Origin: Candidatus Latescibacterota bacterium
GTDB taxonomy: Bacteria; Latescibacterota; UBA2968; UBA8231
Assembly (NCBI GenBank): GCA_029941565.1
Contig: JAPYRN010000001.1
Location: forward strand, 97,255 to 161,254
Direction of reading: 5' to 3'
DNA length: 64,000 nucleotides
Positions 27,372-38,248 of the stretch are shown piece by piece; within the stretch, counting starts at the first letter, position 1; every line of letters starts with the position of its first letter. The notes beneath the pieces are model-generated. The model ran no database searches, had not been told where the DNA came from, and saw only the letters and a program-made list of their open reading frames with translations. The translations under genes were made by a program, and so were the position numbers.

Positions 27372-28345
27372 CGCAGGTCTCGCAGCCCATCCCCAACCAG
27401 TTCAATCACCTGCCAGAGGCGGAGTTGATCACCCAGATCAACCGACTGCGCAAGGAGAAGAACGCCGTCATCCTTGCGCATAACTATCAGATCCCACAGA
27501 TCCAGGATCTGGCCGACGTCACCGGTGATTCCCTCGGTCTGTCGATCGAGGCATCACAGACCGACGCCGATATCATCCTCTTCTGTGGTGTCCATTTCAT
27601 GGCCGAATCGGCCAAGATCCTCAGCCCGGGCAAGCGTGTCTTTCTGCCCCACCTGGGCGCGGGCTGCGCCCTTGCTGATTCGATCACGGTAGAGAGCTTG
27701 TATGAGTGGAAGGAACGGTACCCCGATCACAAAGTCGTCACCTATGTCAATTCGTCGGCTGAAGTAAAGGCAGAGTCCGATATCTGCTGCACCTCAGCCA
27801 ATGCCGTCTCCGTCGTGCGCAGCCTGGACACGGACAAGGTGCTGTTCACGCCGGACAAGAATCTCGCTCGCTGGGTGGCCGAGCAGGTGCCAGAAAAGCA
27901 AGTCATCGCCTACGATGGCGTCTGCCCCACACATGACGTGCTGCGGTATGCCAGTGTCGACCGCACTCGCACCGAATATCCTGACGCCGTTATCATCGCC
28001 CACCCCGAGTGCCGCGAAGACGTCATTGCCGCCGCCCACGAGGTCTGCTCGACGACAGGAATGCTCAGCGCTGTTGGCAGATACCCCGATGCCAAGACCT
28101 TCATCATCGCCACCGAAGAAGCGATGATCCACCAGTTACAGAAGCGCTACCCCGGCAAGGAGTTCGTTGCCGCAGATGGCTGCATTGGCTGCCGACTGCA
28201 CTGCCCTTACATGAAGGTCACAGGCCTGCAGGATGTCTACTTCTCCCTGGCGGACGAACGGTTCGAGATCGAACTCGACGACGATGTCATCGAAGGTGCG
28301 CGTCGAGCCCTGGATCGGATGCTTGCCGTGCCTCGGGACGACTGA
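27368..28345 (+). CDS. nadA: quinolinate synthase
   Basis: VILAHNYQIPQIQDLADVTGDSLGLS and conserved Cys ligands; 325 aa. Confidence 0.85.
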   Translation: MTQVSQPIPNQFNHLPEAELITQINRLRKEKNAVILAHNYQIPQIQDLADVTGDSLGLSIEASQTDADIILFCGVHFMAESAKILSPGKRVFLPHLGAGCALADSITVESLYEWKERYPDHKVVTYVNSSAEVKAESDICCTSANAVSVVRSLDTDKVLFTPDKNLARWVAEQVPEKQVIAYDGVCPTHDVLRYASVDRTRTEYPDAVIIAHPECREDVIAAAHEVCSTTGMLSAVGRYPDAKTFIIATEEAMIHQLQKRYPGKEFVAADGCIGCRLHCPYMKVTGLQDVYFSLADERFEIELDDDVIEGARRALDRMLAVPRDD

Positions 28346-28352
28346 GCTTAGT

Positions 28353-29390
28353 CTATTTTTTTCCAGGCTCCTTGAGTCGGCCCCAGCTGCTCATCTCCAC
28401 GGCGGTCGGACTCGTCGGGTCTGTGGCGATCTTGCCAAACATCAGCGATTGCCGTGACCACTCTGAGTTGGTGATCCGATAGCTCCACATGGGATCACCT
28501 TCGCCATCGCCATCTACGTCGAAGGCCTCGTTTGCCTGCGCCTCGTCGGCGGGAACATTCAGCTTGAAAAAACCGTCATCCGATCCAGTGAGCTCCACGT
28601 AGGATCGATACCCGAGACAGTTGTCACCTGTCACATCCACTCCGTGTTGGCGGGCAGCGGCGAAGAGTGACTCGGGGATAAAAGCGGTGAAGTTAGCCTG
28701 GCCTCCAGAGGCGGAGACCCCACGCGCTGCAAGACCGGTGGTAAAGCCGCTGATATCGGCGGGATCTCGCAGTTGTGGCAACTCGCTCAGGTTGAGCGGT
28801 TCGAGATCGGTCCAGACCATGTCGGTGATGAAGGTCGTGCCGCGAAAGTTGTACAGTTCGTCCGCCCCCTCGGCGACTTGCACAATCAGACCAAAGGCAG
28901 CGTCGAGATCATCCGGTTCGTTCGTTTCTGACAGGATGGGATCGACGATCGTCGCCGTCACCTGAAAGCGAGTCGGTGACAACACCCTGACGCCGACGTT
29001 GCCTGGCTGCGAGGCATCGGCGAGCATGGCGACAAAACTGATGTGATCCTGCTCTGCCTTGTCAAACTGCAGCACGAGTTTCGTCCCCGCCTGCAGATCC
29101 GAGCCTCCCAGCTCCATCTGTTCGATCGTCGGACCCTCCGCATCCAGCACCTGGGTCGCGAATCCGAAGAGATACACCGGACCCGTACCGGCGCCGGCCC
29201 CCGCGGGGTTTGAGGACCCAGGCAGGCCAAACTTGGCCAGACCGACACCGTCGGCGATCTCGGTAAATTTCCTCCCGTCGTAGGTGGAATTCGACGGCCG
29301 CCACACAATTGACCCGGGGCCTTGAGCCGAGACGGTGGCGGCAAATAAGACCAGCCATACACATGCGCCGCGTAACGGGAGTCTGAACAT
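28353..29390 (-). CDS. secreted hypothetical protein
   Basis: Start chosen at the internal Met giving signal peptide MFRLPLRGACVWLVLFAATVSAQG. No recognisable domain. Confidence 0.4.
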   Translation of the reverse strand: MFRLPLRGACVWLVLFAATVSAQGPGSIVWRPSNSTYDGRKFTEIADGVGLAKFGLPGSSNPAGAGAGTGPVYLFGFATQVLDAEGPTIEQMELGGSDLQAGTKLVLQFDKAEQDHISFVAMLADASQPGNVGVRVLSPTRFQVTATIVDPILSETNEPDDLDAAFGLIVQVAEGADELYNFRGTTFITDMVWTDLEPLNLSELPQLRDPADISGFTTGLAARGVSASGGQANFTAFIPESLFAAARQHGVDVTGDNCLGYRSYVELTGSDDGFFKLNVPADEAQANEAFDVDGDGEGDPMWSYRITNSEWSRQSLMFGKIATDPTSPTAVEMSSWGRLKEPGKK

Positions 29391-29497
29391 TGGATTCTCT
29401 CTCTTTTTTGGCATGATTTGCAGGTGTTGTGCACGTCCCTGACGATAACTTCTATATAGGACCGAAAGTTTCCGAGAGCCCCGGCGAAAGCAACACC

Positions 29498-30178
29498 ATG
29501 GCACAGTATCAGGACCGCGAAAAAGGCGACGAAGAAGAAGGTGAGGCCGAACTCCCGGCGATGCAGAAGATAGCGATTCTGTTCGTCGCTCTCGGCCAGG
29601 AGACCAGTGGAGAGGTGATGAAGTTCCTCTCCGACTACGAGATCGAAGAGATCACGCAGGCCGTGGCCAGTCCCAAGGCAGTCTCCGTCGAAATGCAGGA
29701 CAAGGTCCTCGACGAATTCGAGCCGCATCTGCTTGCCGGCGAGTGGGTGAGTCAGGGCGGCGTGGACTTCGCCCGTGGCGCCCTTGAGCGGGCCGTGGGG
29801 CCGCGCAAGGCGCAGGAGATCCTGGATCGCGTCGCCAGCACGGTCTCCTCTGGTTTCTATATGCTGAAAAATGTCGCGCCAGAACAAGTCGCCCCGTTCA
29901 TCAGCCATGAGCATCCACAGACCATCGCGCTGATCCTGTCTCAGTTGGACCCAGCCCAGGCCTCAGGTATTCTCGGCCAGCTGCCTGAGCGCATGCAGGC
30001 CGATGTCGCCTACCTCATCGCTGGTGGACTCAGCAACCGCGAGACCGCCGGCAGGTTGGCACTCAGTGTGCATACTATCGAAACTCACAGACAACATGTG
30101 ATGGACAAGCTGAACATCCATTCGGTGGCGGGACTAACGAAATACGCCATCGCGGAAGGACTGACACACATTGGCTAG
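29498..30178 (+). CDS. FliG N-terminal+middle domain fused to LuxR/GerE-type HTH (putative transcriptional regulator)
   Basis: Collinear with FliG residues ~1-200: KIAILFVALGQETSGEVMKFLSDYEIEEIT ... ISHEHPQTIALILSQLDPAQASGILGQLPERMQADVAYLIAGG, which includes the EHPQ motif. It is followed directly by LSNRETAGRLALSVHTIETHRQHVMDKLNIHSVAGLTKYAIAEGL (LuxR HTH). There is no FliG C-terminal torque domain. Confidence 0.65.
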   Translation: MAQYQDREKGDEEEGEAELPAMQKIAILFVALGQETSGEVMKFLSDYEIEEITQAVASPKAVSVEMQDKVLDEFEPHLLAGEWVSQGGVDFARGALERAVGPRKAQEILDRVASTVSSGFYMLKNVAPEQVAPFISHEHPQTIALILSQLDPAQASGILGQLPERMQADVAYLIAGGLSNRETAGRLALSVHTIETHRQHVMDKLNIHSVAGLTKYAIAEGLTHIG

Positions 30179-31034
30179 AGTAGGCTCAGGGGCATTCACA
30201 TATGACGTGGAGGAAGGCTGGGGTCAGCTGCCGGAGGGCATCGCCCTCGGCTGGGTTGCCGCCGTCGCCTGCGACAGCGATGACCGCGTCTACGTTTACA
30301 GTCGCAGTGATCTACCGATGATCATCTTCGATCGCGATGGCACCTTTGTCTCGACTTGGGGCATCGAATTTCTCGAAGATGCGCATGGACTGTTCATCGA
30401 CGGCGACGACAACCTGTGGTGCACGGAACGGGAGACACATTGTGTGCGACACTGCACGGCAGCGGGTGATCTGTTGATGACCATCGGTACGCCGCACAAA
30501 GCCGGCGCCACTGGTGCGCCATTCAACCTGCCGACGGATCTGGGCATCGACAGTCTGGGTTGCCTTTATGTCACCGACGGTTACGGTAATGCTCGCGTGC
30601 ATAAATATTCACCCAAGGGGGATCATCTGTTCTCCTTCGGCGAACCAGGCGTTGGCCCGGGGCAATTCGATCTACCCCACTGCGTTCGGGTCGATGCCGA
30701 CGACCGTGTGCTGGTGGCGGATCGGACAAACAACCGCATCCAGATTTTTGATACCGATGGCCGCTATCTGCAACAGTGGGGTGATCTGCGTCAGCCGGAC
30801 ACCATTCACATCGACGCAGAGGGCGTGATCTACGTCGCCGAACTGGAGCAGCGAGTCTCCATCCTGGACAGTTCAGGGGATGTGCTCGCCCGCTGGGGCT
30901 GTGGCGAACGTGTCGACAGACCGGGTGAATTCCTTGGGTGCCCCCATGGAATATGGACCGATTCGCGGGGTGATCTCTATGTCTCGGAGGTACAGACAGA
31001 CGGTCGCTTCCAGAAGTTCGTCCGCAGCCGGTGA
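30171..31034 (+). CDS. NHL repeat-containing beta-propeller protein
   Basis: Repeated motifs LYVTDGYGNARVHKY / VADRTNNRIQIFDTDG / IYVAELEQRVSILD, 287 aa. Confidence 0.6.
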   Translation: MARVGSGAFTYDVEEGWGQLPEGIALGWVAAVACDSDDRVYVYSRSDLPMIIFDRDGTFVSTWGIEFLEDAHGLFIDGDDNLWCTERETHCVRHCTAAGDLLMTIGTPHKAGATGAPFNLPTDLGIDSLGCLYVTDGYGNARVHKYSPKGDHLFSFGEPGVGPGQFDLPHCVRVDADDRVLVADRTNNRIQIFDTDGRYLQQWGDLRQPDTIHIDAEGVIYVAELEQRVSILDSSGDVLARWGCGERVDRPGEFLGCPHGIWTDSRGDLYVSEVQTDGRFQKFVRSR

Positions 31035-32010
31035 CCGATCCCGTTCTCATCACCGGCGCCAGTGGCTTTATCGGCCGACACCTGGTTCGTCGGCTCGCCG
31101 CCGACGGACTTGCCCTGCGTGCCCTCGTGCGTCCCTCAAGCGACGTCGCCGAACTGGAGCGCCTCGGTGTTGAACTCGTCGTCGGTGATGTCACCGACTG
31201 GACGGCCGTCAGTGCCGCCGTCAAAGGCTGTCGCCGCGTCGTGCACCTGGCCAACGTCTATTCCATGTGGGAACGCGACCCTTCCATCTACCGGCGCATC
31301 AACGTGGAGGGCACGCGGCGGGTCGCGCAGGCGGCGGCAGAGTCGGGGGTAGACCTGTTCCTGCACGTCAGCAGTGTCGTCGTCTTCGGCCGTCCTGATG
31401 AGGTCCCCTTTCGCGAGCGCTGTGCCCCTGGACCGGAGCGGTTCAGCGAATACGCCCGCACCAAGTTTGAAGCGGACCGCGTGGTCGAGGAATTCACCAT
31501 CAGCCACCGGTTGCCACTGGCCATCATCTATCCTGCTATGGTTCTGGGACCTGGAGATCCGAAGTCGTCAGGCCGCTACGTAGATGACATCGTCCATCGA
31601 CGGCTACCGATGGCCGTGTTCAGCGACAATGTCATGACGTGGGTCCACGTGCACGATGTCGCTGAGGCCATGGCGCGCCTGCTGGGCCGTCAGGACGCCG
31701 CCGGCGCCCGTTATGTGATTGGCCGCCACCGGCTGACGTGGCACCAGATCAACGAGGTGATTCGCGAAGTCAGCGGCGTACAGCCCCCTCGGCTCGAAAT
31801 GCCGGACTGGATGGCACGACTTACCGCCCGGATTCTTACCGGGCTGTCCACCATCACCGGTCACCCGCCCCACTGGGGACTGTCCGCCGATGCCGCTCGT
31901 ACCGTGACCAATAGTATCCAGGCTGACGGCACGCGGGCGGAGCGAGAACTGGGATTACAGTACACCGATATTCTCACGACAGTGGAGAATACCATTCACG
32001 GCACCGACGG

Positions 32011-32020
<10 letters not shown>
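31031..32020 (+). CDS. NAD-dependent epimerase/dehydratase (extended SDR)
   Basis: ITGASGFIGRHLVRRL and a downstream YxxxK; 329 aa. Confidence 0.65.
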
Positions 32021-33324
<1,304 letters not shown>

Positions 33325-33349
33325 CTCTCTTCTCCCCTACTCCAGTTTG

Positions 33350-34018
33350 TCATACCAGATCCATCAGTTGATCGGGTGAATCGATAATTCGATGGGCGCC
33401 ATGGGCGACCAATTCGTCACGCTCGCGGAAGCCCCAGGTAACACCCACCGTATACATACCTGCCGACGTCCCCGTCTTCATGTCCGTCGCCGTGTCGCCC
33501 ACGTACACCGTCTGGGCCGCGTCGATCCCGAGGCTTCCGGCAACGGCGATGGCCCCGGCGGGATCTGGTTTGGCCGGGGTATCGGCTCGCATGCCGCGGA
33601 CCTCGGCGAAGTTCCACCTCGGCAACAGGGTCTGCACCGTGAGGCAGGTGAATTCCTCTGGTTTGTTCGACAGCACCGCCACAGGCACCCGGCGCTCGGC
33701 CAATCCATCCAGCATTTCAGGCACACCATCGTAGGGTCGCGAGGTCTCCGCCCAACGTTTGCCATACTCGGTGCGCATGTCCGCCAGACGAGCTGCCACT
33801 TCTTCGTCACCTCGGCAGGAGGGCGGCAAGGTGCGTTGCACGAGCATCTCCATGCCTTCACCGACGAAATACCGATAGGCCGTCTCAGGGTGCGTTGCAT
33901 AGCCACTTGCGGCGAGCACGGCATTCATACAATTGGCGAGATCAGCCAAGGTATCGAGCAAGGTCCCGTCCAGATCAAAGATCACCGCTGCCGCACGAGT
34001 AGGAGGAGACATACTCAC
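33350..34018 (-). CDS. HAD family hydrolase (phosphatase)
   Basis: AVIFDLDGTLLDT motif I; 222 aa. Confidence 0.65.
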   Translation of the reverse strand: MSMSPPTRAAAVIFDLDGTLLDTLADLANCMNAVLAASGYATHPETAYRYFVGEGMEMLVQRTLPPSCRGDEEVAARLADMRTEYGKRWAETSRPYDGVPEMLDGLAERRVPVAVLSNKPEEFTCLTVQTLLPRWNFAEVRGMRADTPAKPDPAGAIAVAGSLGIDAAQTVYVGDTATDMKTGTSAGMYTVGVTWGFRERDELVAHGAHRIIDSPDQLMDLV

Positions 34019-34806
34019 GTCGCATCCTCGGGGGTCACATAGGCGGCGGTAATACCACCGTCGACGGTGAAACTCGTACCCGTCACATAGGAGGCCTCGT
34101 CTGAAGCCAGGTAGAGTACGGCGTTGGCGATCTCCTCCGCCTGCCCGAAACGACCCATCGGCACGTGCACGAGGCGGCGCTGTTTCTTGGCCTCGGTGTC
34201 GAGGTATTTCATCAACATCTCCGTGTGTTGGGGGCCGGGACAGAGGGCGTTGACACGGATGCCCTCACGAGCATGGATCACGGCCAGTTCACGGGACATG
34301 GCCAGCACGCCCCCTTTCGAAGCGGTATATGCCAGCTGCGGTGTCGCCGCACCGAGCAGGGCGACAAAGGAGGCCATATTGATGATCGACCCACCCCCGG
34401 CCCGGCGCAGTGCTGGGATGCCAAATTTGCAGCCCAGAAATACCCCCTTGAGGTTGATCGCCATCGTCAGGTCCCACACCCCTTCTTCGGTCTCGACTGC
34501 ATCCGCATCATCGATGTGGGAAATACCCGCGTTGTTGAACAGAACATGCAGCGCGCCATAGGAGGCTTCGGCGGCCTCGATCATGGCGGCACAGTCGGCG
34601 GCACGGGAAACATCGGCATGCACATACATGCCTCGACCGCCAAGCTGTTGCATCCGCTGCACGACATCCTGGCCGGCGTCATCGTTGACATCGGCGATGA
34701 CGACAGTGGCGCCCTCGCTGACAAAGCGCAGTGCCGTCTGGCGCCCGATGCCGTTGGCCCCTCCGGTGATCAGGGCGATCTTGCCCGCCAGGCGGGTGCC
34801 GCTCAC
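34015..34806 (-). CDS. SDR family oxidoreductase
   Basis: ALITGGANGIGRQTA and YTASKGG; 263 aa; 4-nt overlap with the HAD gene. Confidence 0.7.
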   Translation of the reverse strand: MSGTRLAGKIALITGGANGIGRQTALRFVSEGATVVIADVNDDAGQDVVQRMQQLGGRGMYVHADVSRAADCAAMIEAAEASYGALHVLFNNAGISHIDDADAVETEEGVWDLTMAINLKGVFLGCKFGIPALRRAGGGSIINMASFVALLGAATPQLAYTASKGGVLAMSRELAVIHAREGIRVNALCPGPQHTEMLMKYLDTEAKKQRRLVHVPMGRFGQAEEIANAVLYLASDEASYVTGTSFTVDGGITAAYVTPEDAT

Positions 34807-34843
34807 GCGGACACGGTGCAGGTAATGGTTGCCGTCACGTCGT

Positions 34844-36250
34844 TCAGCCGCGCTCGAAGTAGCGCGCCCGCTCCCAGTTGGTCACGGCTTGGTCTGCCTT
34901 ACGCTGTTCGGTTTGAAAGAAGTGCACATAGTGCTCGATGACATCCACACCGAAAGCATCGCGCAACATGGCAGAATTCGCCAACGCCGACGTCGCTTCG
35001 GCCAGATTGGCCGGTACGCGGGTGAGATCGGCGCCCTCGTAGACATCGCCGACAAACTCCGCCGGTGGCTCCGTGTGTTGTCGTATGCCATCCAGGCCGG
35101 CGGCGAGGGTTGCTGCCAGCGCCAGATACGGATTGGCGTCGGCACCCGGAATACGTGACTCGATACGCAGGGAGTCGCCGCTGCCCACGACCCGAAACCC
35201 AGCGGTCCGATTGTCCCGGCTCCAGGCGATCGCCGTCGGCGCCCAGGATTGGTAGACGTACCGTTTGTAAGAGTTGGGGTAAGGGGCATAAAAGGGCGCG
35301 ATCGCGCGGGTGTGGGCCATCCACCCACCGAGAAAGTGACGGAACGTCTCCGACTCGGAGCTCCCGTCGCCGTTAGCGAAAAGATTTGTCCGCCCTTCGG
35401 CATCCCACAGACTCACATGCAGATGTGCGCTGGAGCCGGCCAGGTCCGTATGCCACTTGGCCATGAAGGTCACCGAGCAGTCCTGCTGGATAGCGATCTC
35501 TTTGCAGCCATGTTTGAGCAGGGCGGCACGGTCCGCCATTTCCAGCGCCTCGCTATAGCGGAAGTTGATCTCATGCTGGCCGGGAGCCCACTCCCCCTTG
35601 CTGGACTCCACCGGCACACCCGAGGCGCTCATGTGACGCCGAACGGCGCCGTGATACCCTTCAGCTTTTGTTGCCGCCAGCAGATGATAGTCCTCGATGT
35701 AAGCGCCCCAGGTCTGCAACTCCTCATCATCGTACTTCTTCTTGCGTGCTTCGTCGTATGAGTCGTGGAACAGGTAGTACTCCAGCTCTGTAGCACATCG
35801 AGCCTGCAGTCCCACCTCGGCGAGTCGCTCGATCTGTGCCGTCAACAGTGTCCGGGGTGCCACCGCGACCGGTTCATGGTCTGGCCCCCGTTGCAGATCA
35901 CAGAACACGAGAGCCGAGCGCTCGAGCCAGTCTGCCCGGCGCAGGGTCGACCAGTCGGGCACACAGTGTACATCCCCATAACCCCGGTGCCAGTTGGCGA
36001 AGGCGTAGCCGTCGACGACATCCATTTCCATATCGACGGTGAGCAGATAATCGCAGGCATGCATACCGGCGCCCACCGTCTCCTCGAGGAAGAAGGAGCC
36101 GGTGACCCGTTTGCCCACGAGACGACCATAGAGGTCGGGGAAACAGACGAGAACCGTATCCACCTCACCGGTTCGGACCTGCTCCCGCAGCTCGTCGAGG
36201 GTTAACATTCCGTGCGTGGAGGAAGAAGGCATGAGGGTCAGTGTACGCAC
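34844..36250 (-). CDS. glutamine synthetase family protein (GlnA-like; possibly gamma-glutamyl-amine ligase)
   Basis: 468 aa with a GS catalytic-domain C-terminal region (…DLTRVPANLAEATSALANSAMLRDAFGVDVIEHY). Sits in an operon with catabolic enzymes, so the specific substrate is inferred only. Confidence 0.65.
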   Translation of the reverse strand: MRTLTLMPSSSTHGMLTLDELREQVRTGEVDTVLVCFPDLYGRLVGKRVTGSFFLEETVGAGMHACDYLLTVDMEMDVVDGYAFANWHRGYGDVHCVPDWSTLRRADWLERSALVFCDLQRGPDHEPVAVAPRTLLTAQIERLAEVGLQARCATELEYYLFHDSYDEARKKKYDDEELQTWGAYIEDYHLLAATKAEGYHGAVRRHMSASGVPVESSKGEWAPGQHEINFRYSEALEMADRAALLKHGCKEIAIQQDCSVTFMAKWHTDLAGSSAHLHVSLWDAEGRTNLFANGDGSSESETFRHFLGGWMAHTRAIAPFYAPYPNSYKRYVYQSWAPTAIAWSRDNRTAGFRVVGSGDSLRIESRIPGADANPYLALAATLAAGLDGIRQHTEPPAEFVGDVYEGADLTRVPANLAEATSALANSAMLRDAFGVDVIEHYVHFFQTEQRKADQAVTNWERARYFERG

Positions 36251-36307
36251 CCTTTCGGGGCAGCCGCAAGCTGGTGGGGACCTGCATGATTCCCTTTCTT
36301 CGACTGC

Positions 36308-37561
36308 ATGTCAGAGCCCAGGATCAGAGTCGGAGTCATCGGTGTGGGCCGCGGTCGTTCCTTTGCCGGCGGTGCCTCGGAGAGAGTGGGTATGGAGCTT
36401 GTCGCTCTATGTGATAGCTGGGAGAAAAAGCTCGAAGAGGCGGGCCGGGAATTTGGCGTGCCGACCTATACCGACTACGAGCGGTTTTTGCAGCACGACA
36501 TGGATGCCGTCGTGCTGGCCAACTATTTCCACGAGCACGCCCCCTTTGCGATCCGTGCCCTGCGGGCCGGCAAGCATGTGATGAGTGAGACCGCCGCCAA
36601 CACCACCCTCGCCGAGGGCGTCGCTCTCTGTCGCGCCGTCGAGGAGACCGGTCGCACCTACATGTTCGCCGAAAACTACCCGTATACCGTGTTCAATCAG
36701 GAGATGCGACGCCTCTACCGGACGGGCGAGATCGGCGCAGCAACCTACGCTGAGGGCGAGTATAATCACCCGATGACGCAGGATTCGCGTCTCCGTCTGT
36801 CCCCTGGTCGCAATCATTGGCGCAACTGGATACCCTCCACCTACTACTGCACCCACGCCCTGGCGCCCCTGGTCTACATCACCGACACGATGCCAGTCCG
36901 CGTCAACGCCCTGTCCATCCCCTGCGACCGGGTTGAGCGGGATGTGGCACGCGTATCCGACGCCGGCTCCGTCATCCTCTGTCGCATGGACAATGGCGCC
37001 GTCTTCCGCCTCTTCGGTCTGAGTCTGCCGGGACATAGCTGTTGGTATCGTGTACACGGCGACAGGGGGGCGATGGAGATCACCCGCGGGGACGGCTACT
37101 ATGGATCAGGGCAGGTCCGCGTCTGGCACGAAGAATGGGACACGCCGGAGGGCGTCGAAACCGAGCGTGTGTACAAGCCGGAATGGCCGGAACATGGCGA
37201 CTTCGCCAGCAAGGCCGGCCACGGTGGTGGGGATTTCTGGACCCCTTTTCATTTCGCCAACGCCATCCGCTCTGGGGAGCCCCCATTTCTCGACGTCTAC
37301 CGTGGTGTCGCCATGTCGTCGGTGGGCATCGTCGCCTGGAAAAGCGCACTCGAAGAGGGCACACCCGTAGCCCTGCCCGATTTCCGTGACGAAACGAGTC
37401 GCGCTGCATTCGAAAACGACCACTGGTCCCCCTGGCCTGCGGATGCCGGTCCGGGACAGCCACCCCCCAGTATCCGCGGATTCCGGGATCCGGACCCGCA
37501 GGGACTGGCCAAGGGCCAGCAGATCTGGCGCGAGATGGGATATGGCGGCGATGACCTGTAA
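36308..37561 (+). CDS. Gfo/Idh/MocA family oxidoreductase
   Basis: IRVGVIGVGRGRSFAGGA Rossmann N-terminus; 417 aa. Confidence 0.7.
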   Translation: MSEPRIRVGVIGVGRGRSFAGGASERVGMELVALCDSWEKKLEEAGREFGVPTYTDYERFLQHDMDAVVLANYFHEHAPFAIRALRAGKHVMSETAANTTLAEGVALCRAVEETGRTYMFAENYPYTVFNQEMRRLYRTGEIGAATYAEGEYNHPMTQDSRLRLSPGRNHWRNWIPSTYYCTHALAPLVYITDTMPVRVNALSIPCDRVERDVARVSDAGSVILCRMDNGAVFRLFGLSLPGHSCWYRVHGDRGAMEITRGDGYYGSGQVRVWHEEWDTPEGVETERVYKPEWPEHGDFASKAGHGGGDFWTPFHFANAIRSGEPPFLDVYRGVAMSSVGIVAWKSALEEGTPVALPDFRDETSRAAFENDHWSPWPADAGPGQPPPSIRGFRDPDPQGLAKGQQIWREMGYGGDDL

Positions 37562-37579
37562 CAGGAGGAGGCAAGACCG

Positions 37580-38248
37580 TTGGACATTGGCACGACGCTC
37601 ACCCGTTTCCTAGTCGAACAACGACGCCGCTTCCCCGGTGTCTCGGGCAGATTCACTGCCCTGCTCGAAGAGATCGCCACCGCTGCCAAGCTCATCGGTT
37701 CTGCACCCCGGTCGCCAGCAGTTGTGCGCTGGGTACATTATCTACGGCTCCAGTACCATGCTCTCGTGTATACCACGGGCTCCGGCGTCCACGGTTTCAC
37801 CCTCGATCCGACAATCGGTGAATTCCTCCTGTCCCACCATGACATCCAGATGCCGGAGCAAGGTACCATCTACAGCGTCAACGAAGCACATGCCCCTGGG
37901 TGGGGCCCGCGCGTGCGTGCCTTCGCTGACGGCCTGAAAGGAAGCGGGCGAGCGGCGCGTTACGTCGGCTCCCTCGTCTCCGACTTTCATCGGAATCTGT
38001 TGAAAGGGGGTCTGTTCCTCTACCCGACTGAAGAACGGCTGCCGGCGGGCAAGCTGCGGCTGGTCTACGAGGCAAATCCCCTCGGCTTCATCGCGGAACA
38101 GGCTGAGGGCTCAGCAAGCACAGGAACCGGGCCGATCCTCGATCTCGTGCCAGCGATGCATCAGCGCGTGCCACTCGCCATCGGCAGCCGCCAGGACATC
38201 GCCGACTACGAAGCGGCCCTCGCCGCACCCGAGGAAACAGGTCCATGA
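37580..38248 (+). pseudogene. fbp: fructose-1,6-bisphosphatase class 1 remnant (internal ~125-codon deletion plus local frameshift)
   Basis: The N-terminal 40 aa (TLTRFLVEQRRRFPGVSGRFTALLEEIATAAK) and C-terminal ~165 aa (ARYVGSLVSDFHRNLLKGGLFLYP...KLRLVYEANPLGFIAEQAEG) are FBPase-like. The segment with the DPLDGSSN metal-binding motif is missing. AGYIIYGSSTML is encoded in a different frame (37706-37765), and a CTCTC site at 37761-37765 restores the C-terminal frame. Confidence 0.55.

Noticed and set aside
28346-28400. Weak hairpin GACTGAGCTTAGTC followed by T7 after nadA
   Set aside because: The T-run is actually the coding sequence (Lys-Lys-stop) of the convergent minus-strand secreted-protein gene, and the stem is only 4 bp. 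Not called as a terminator.
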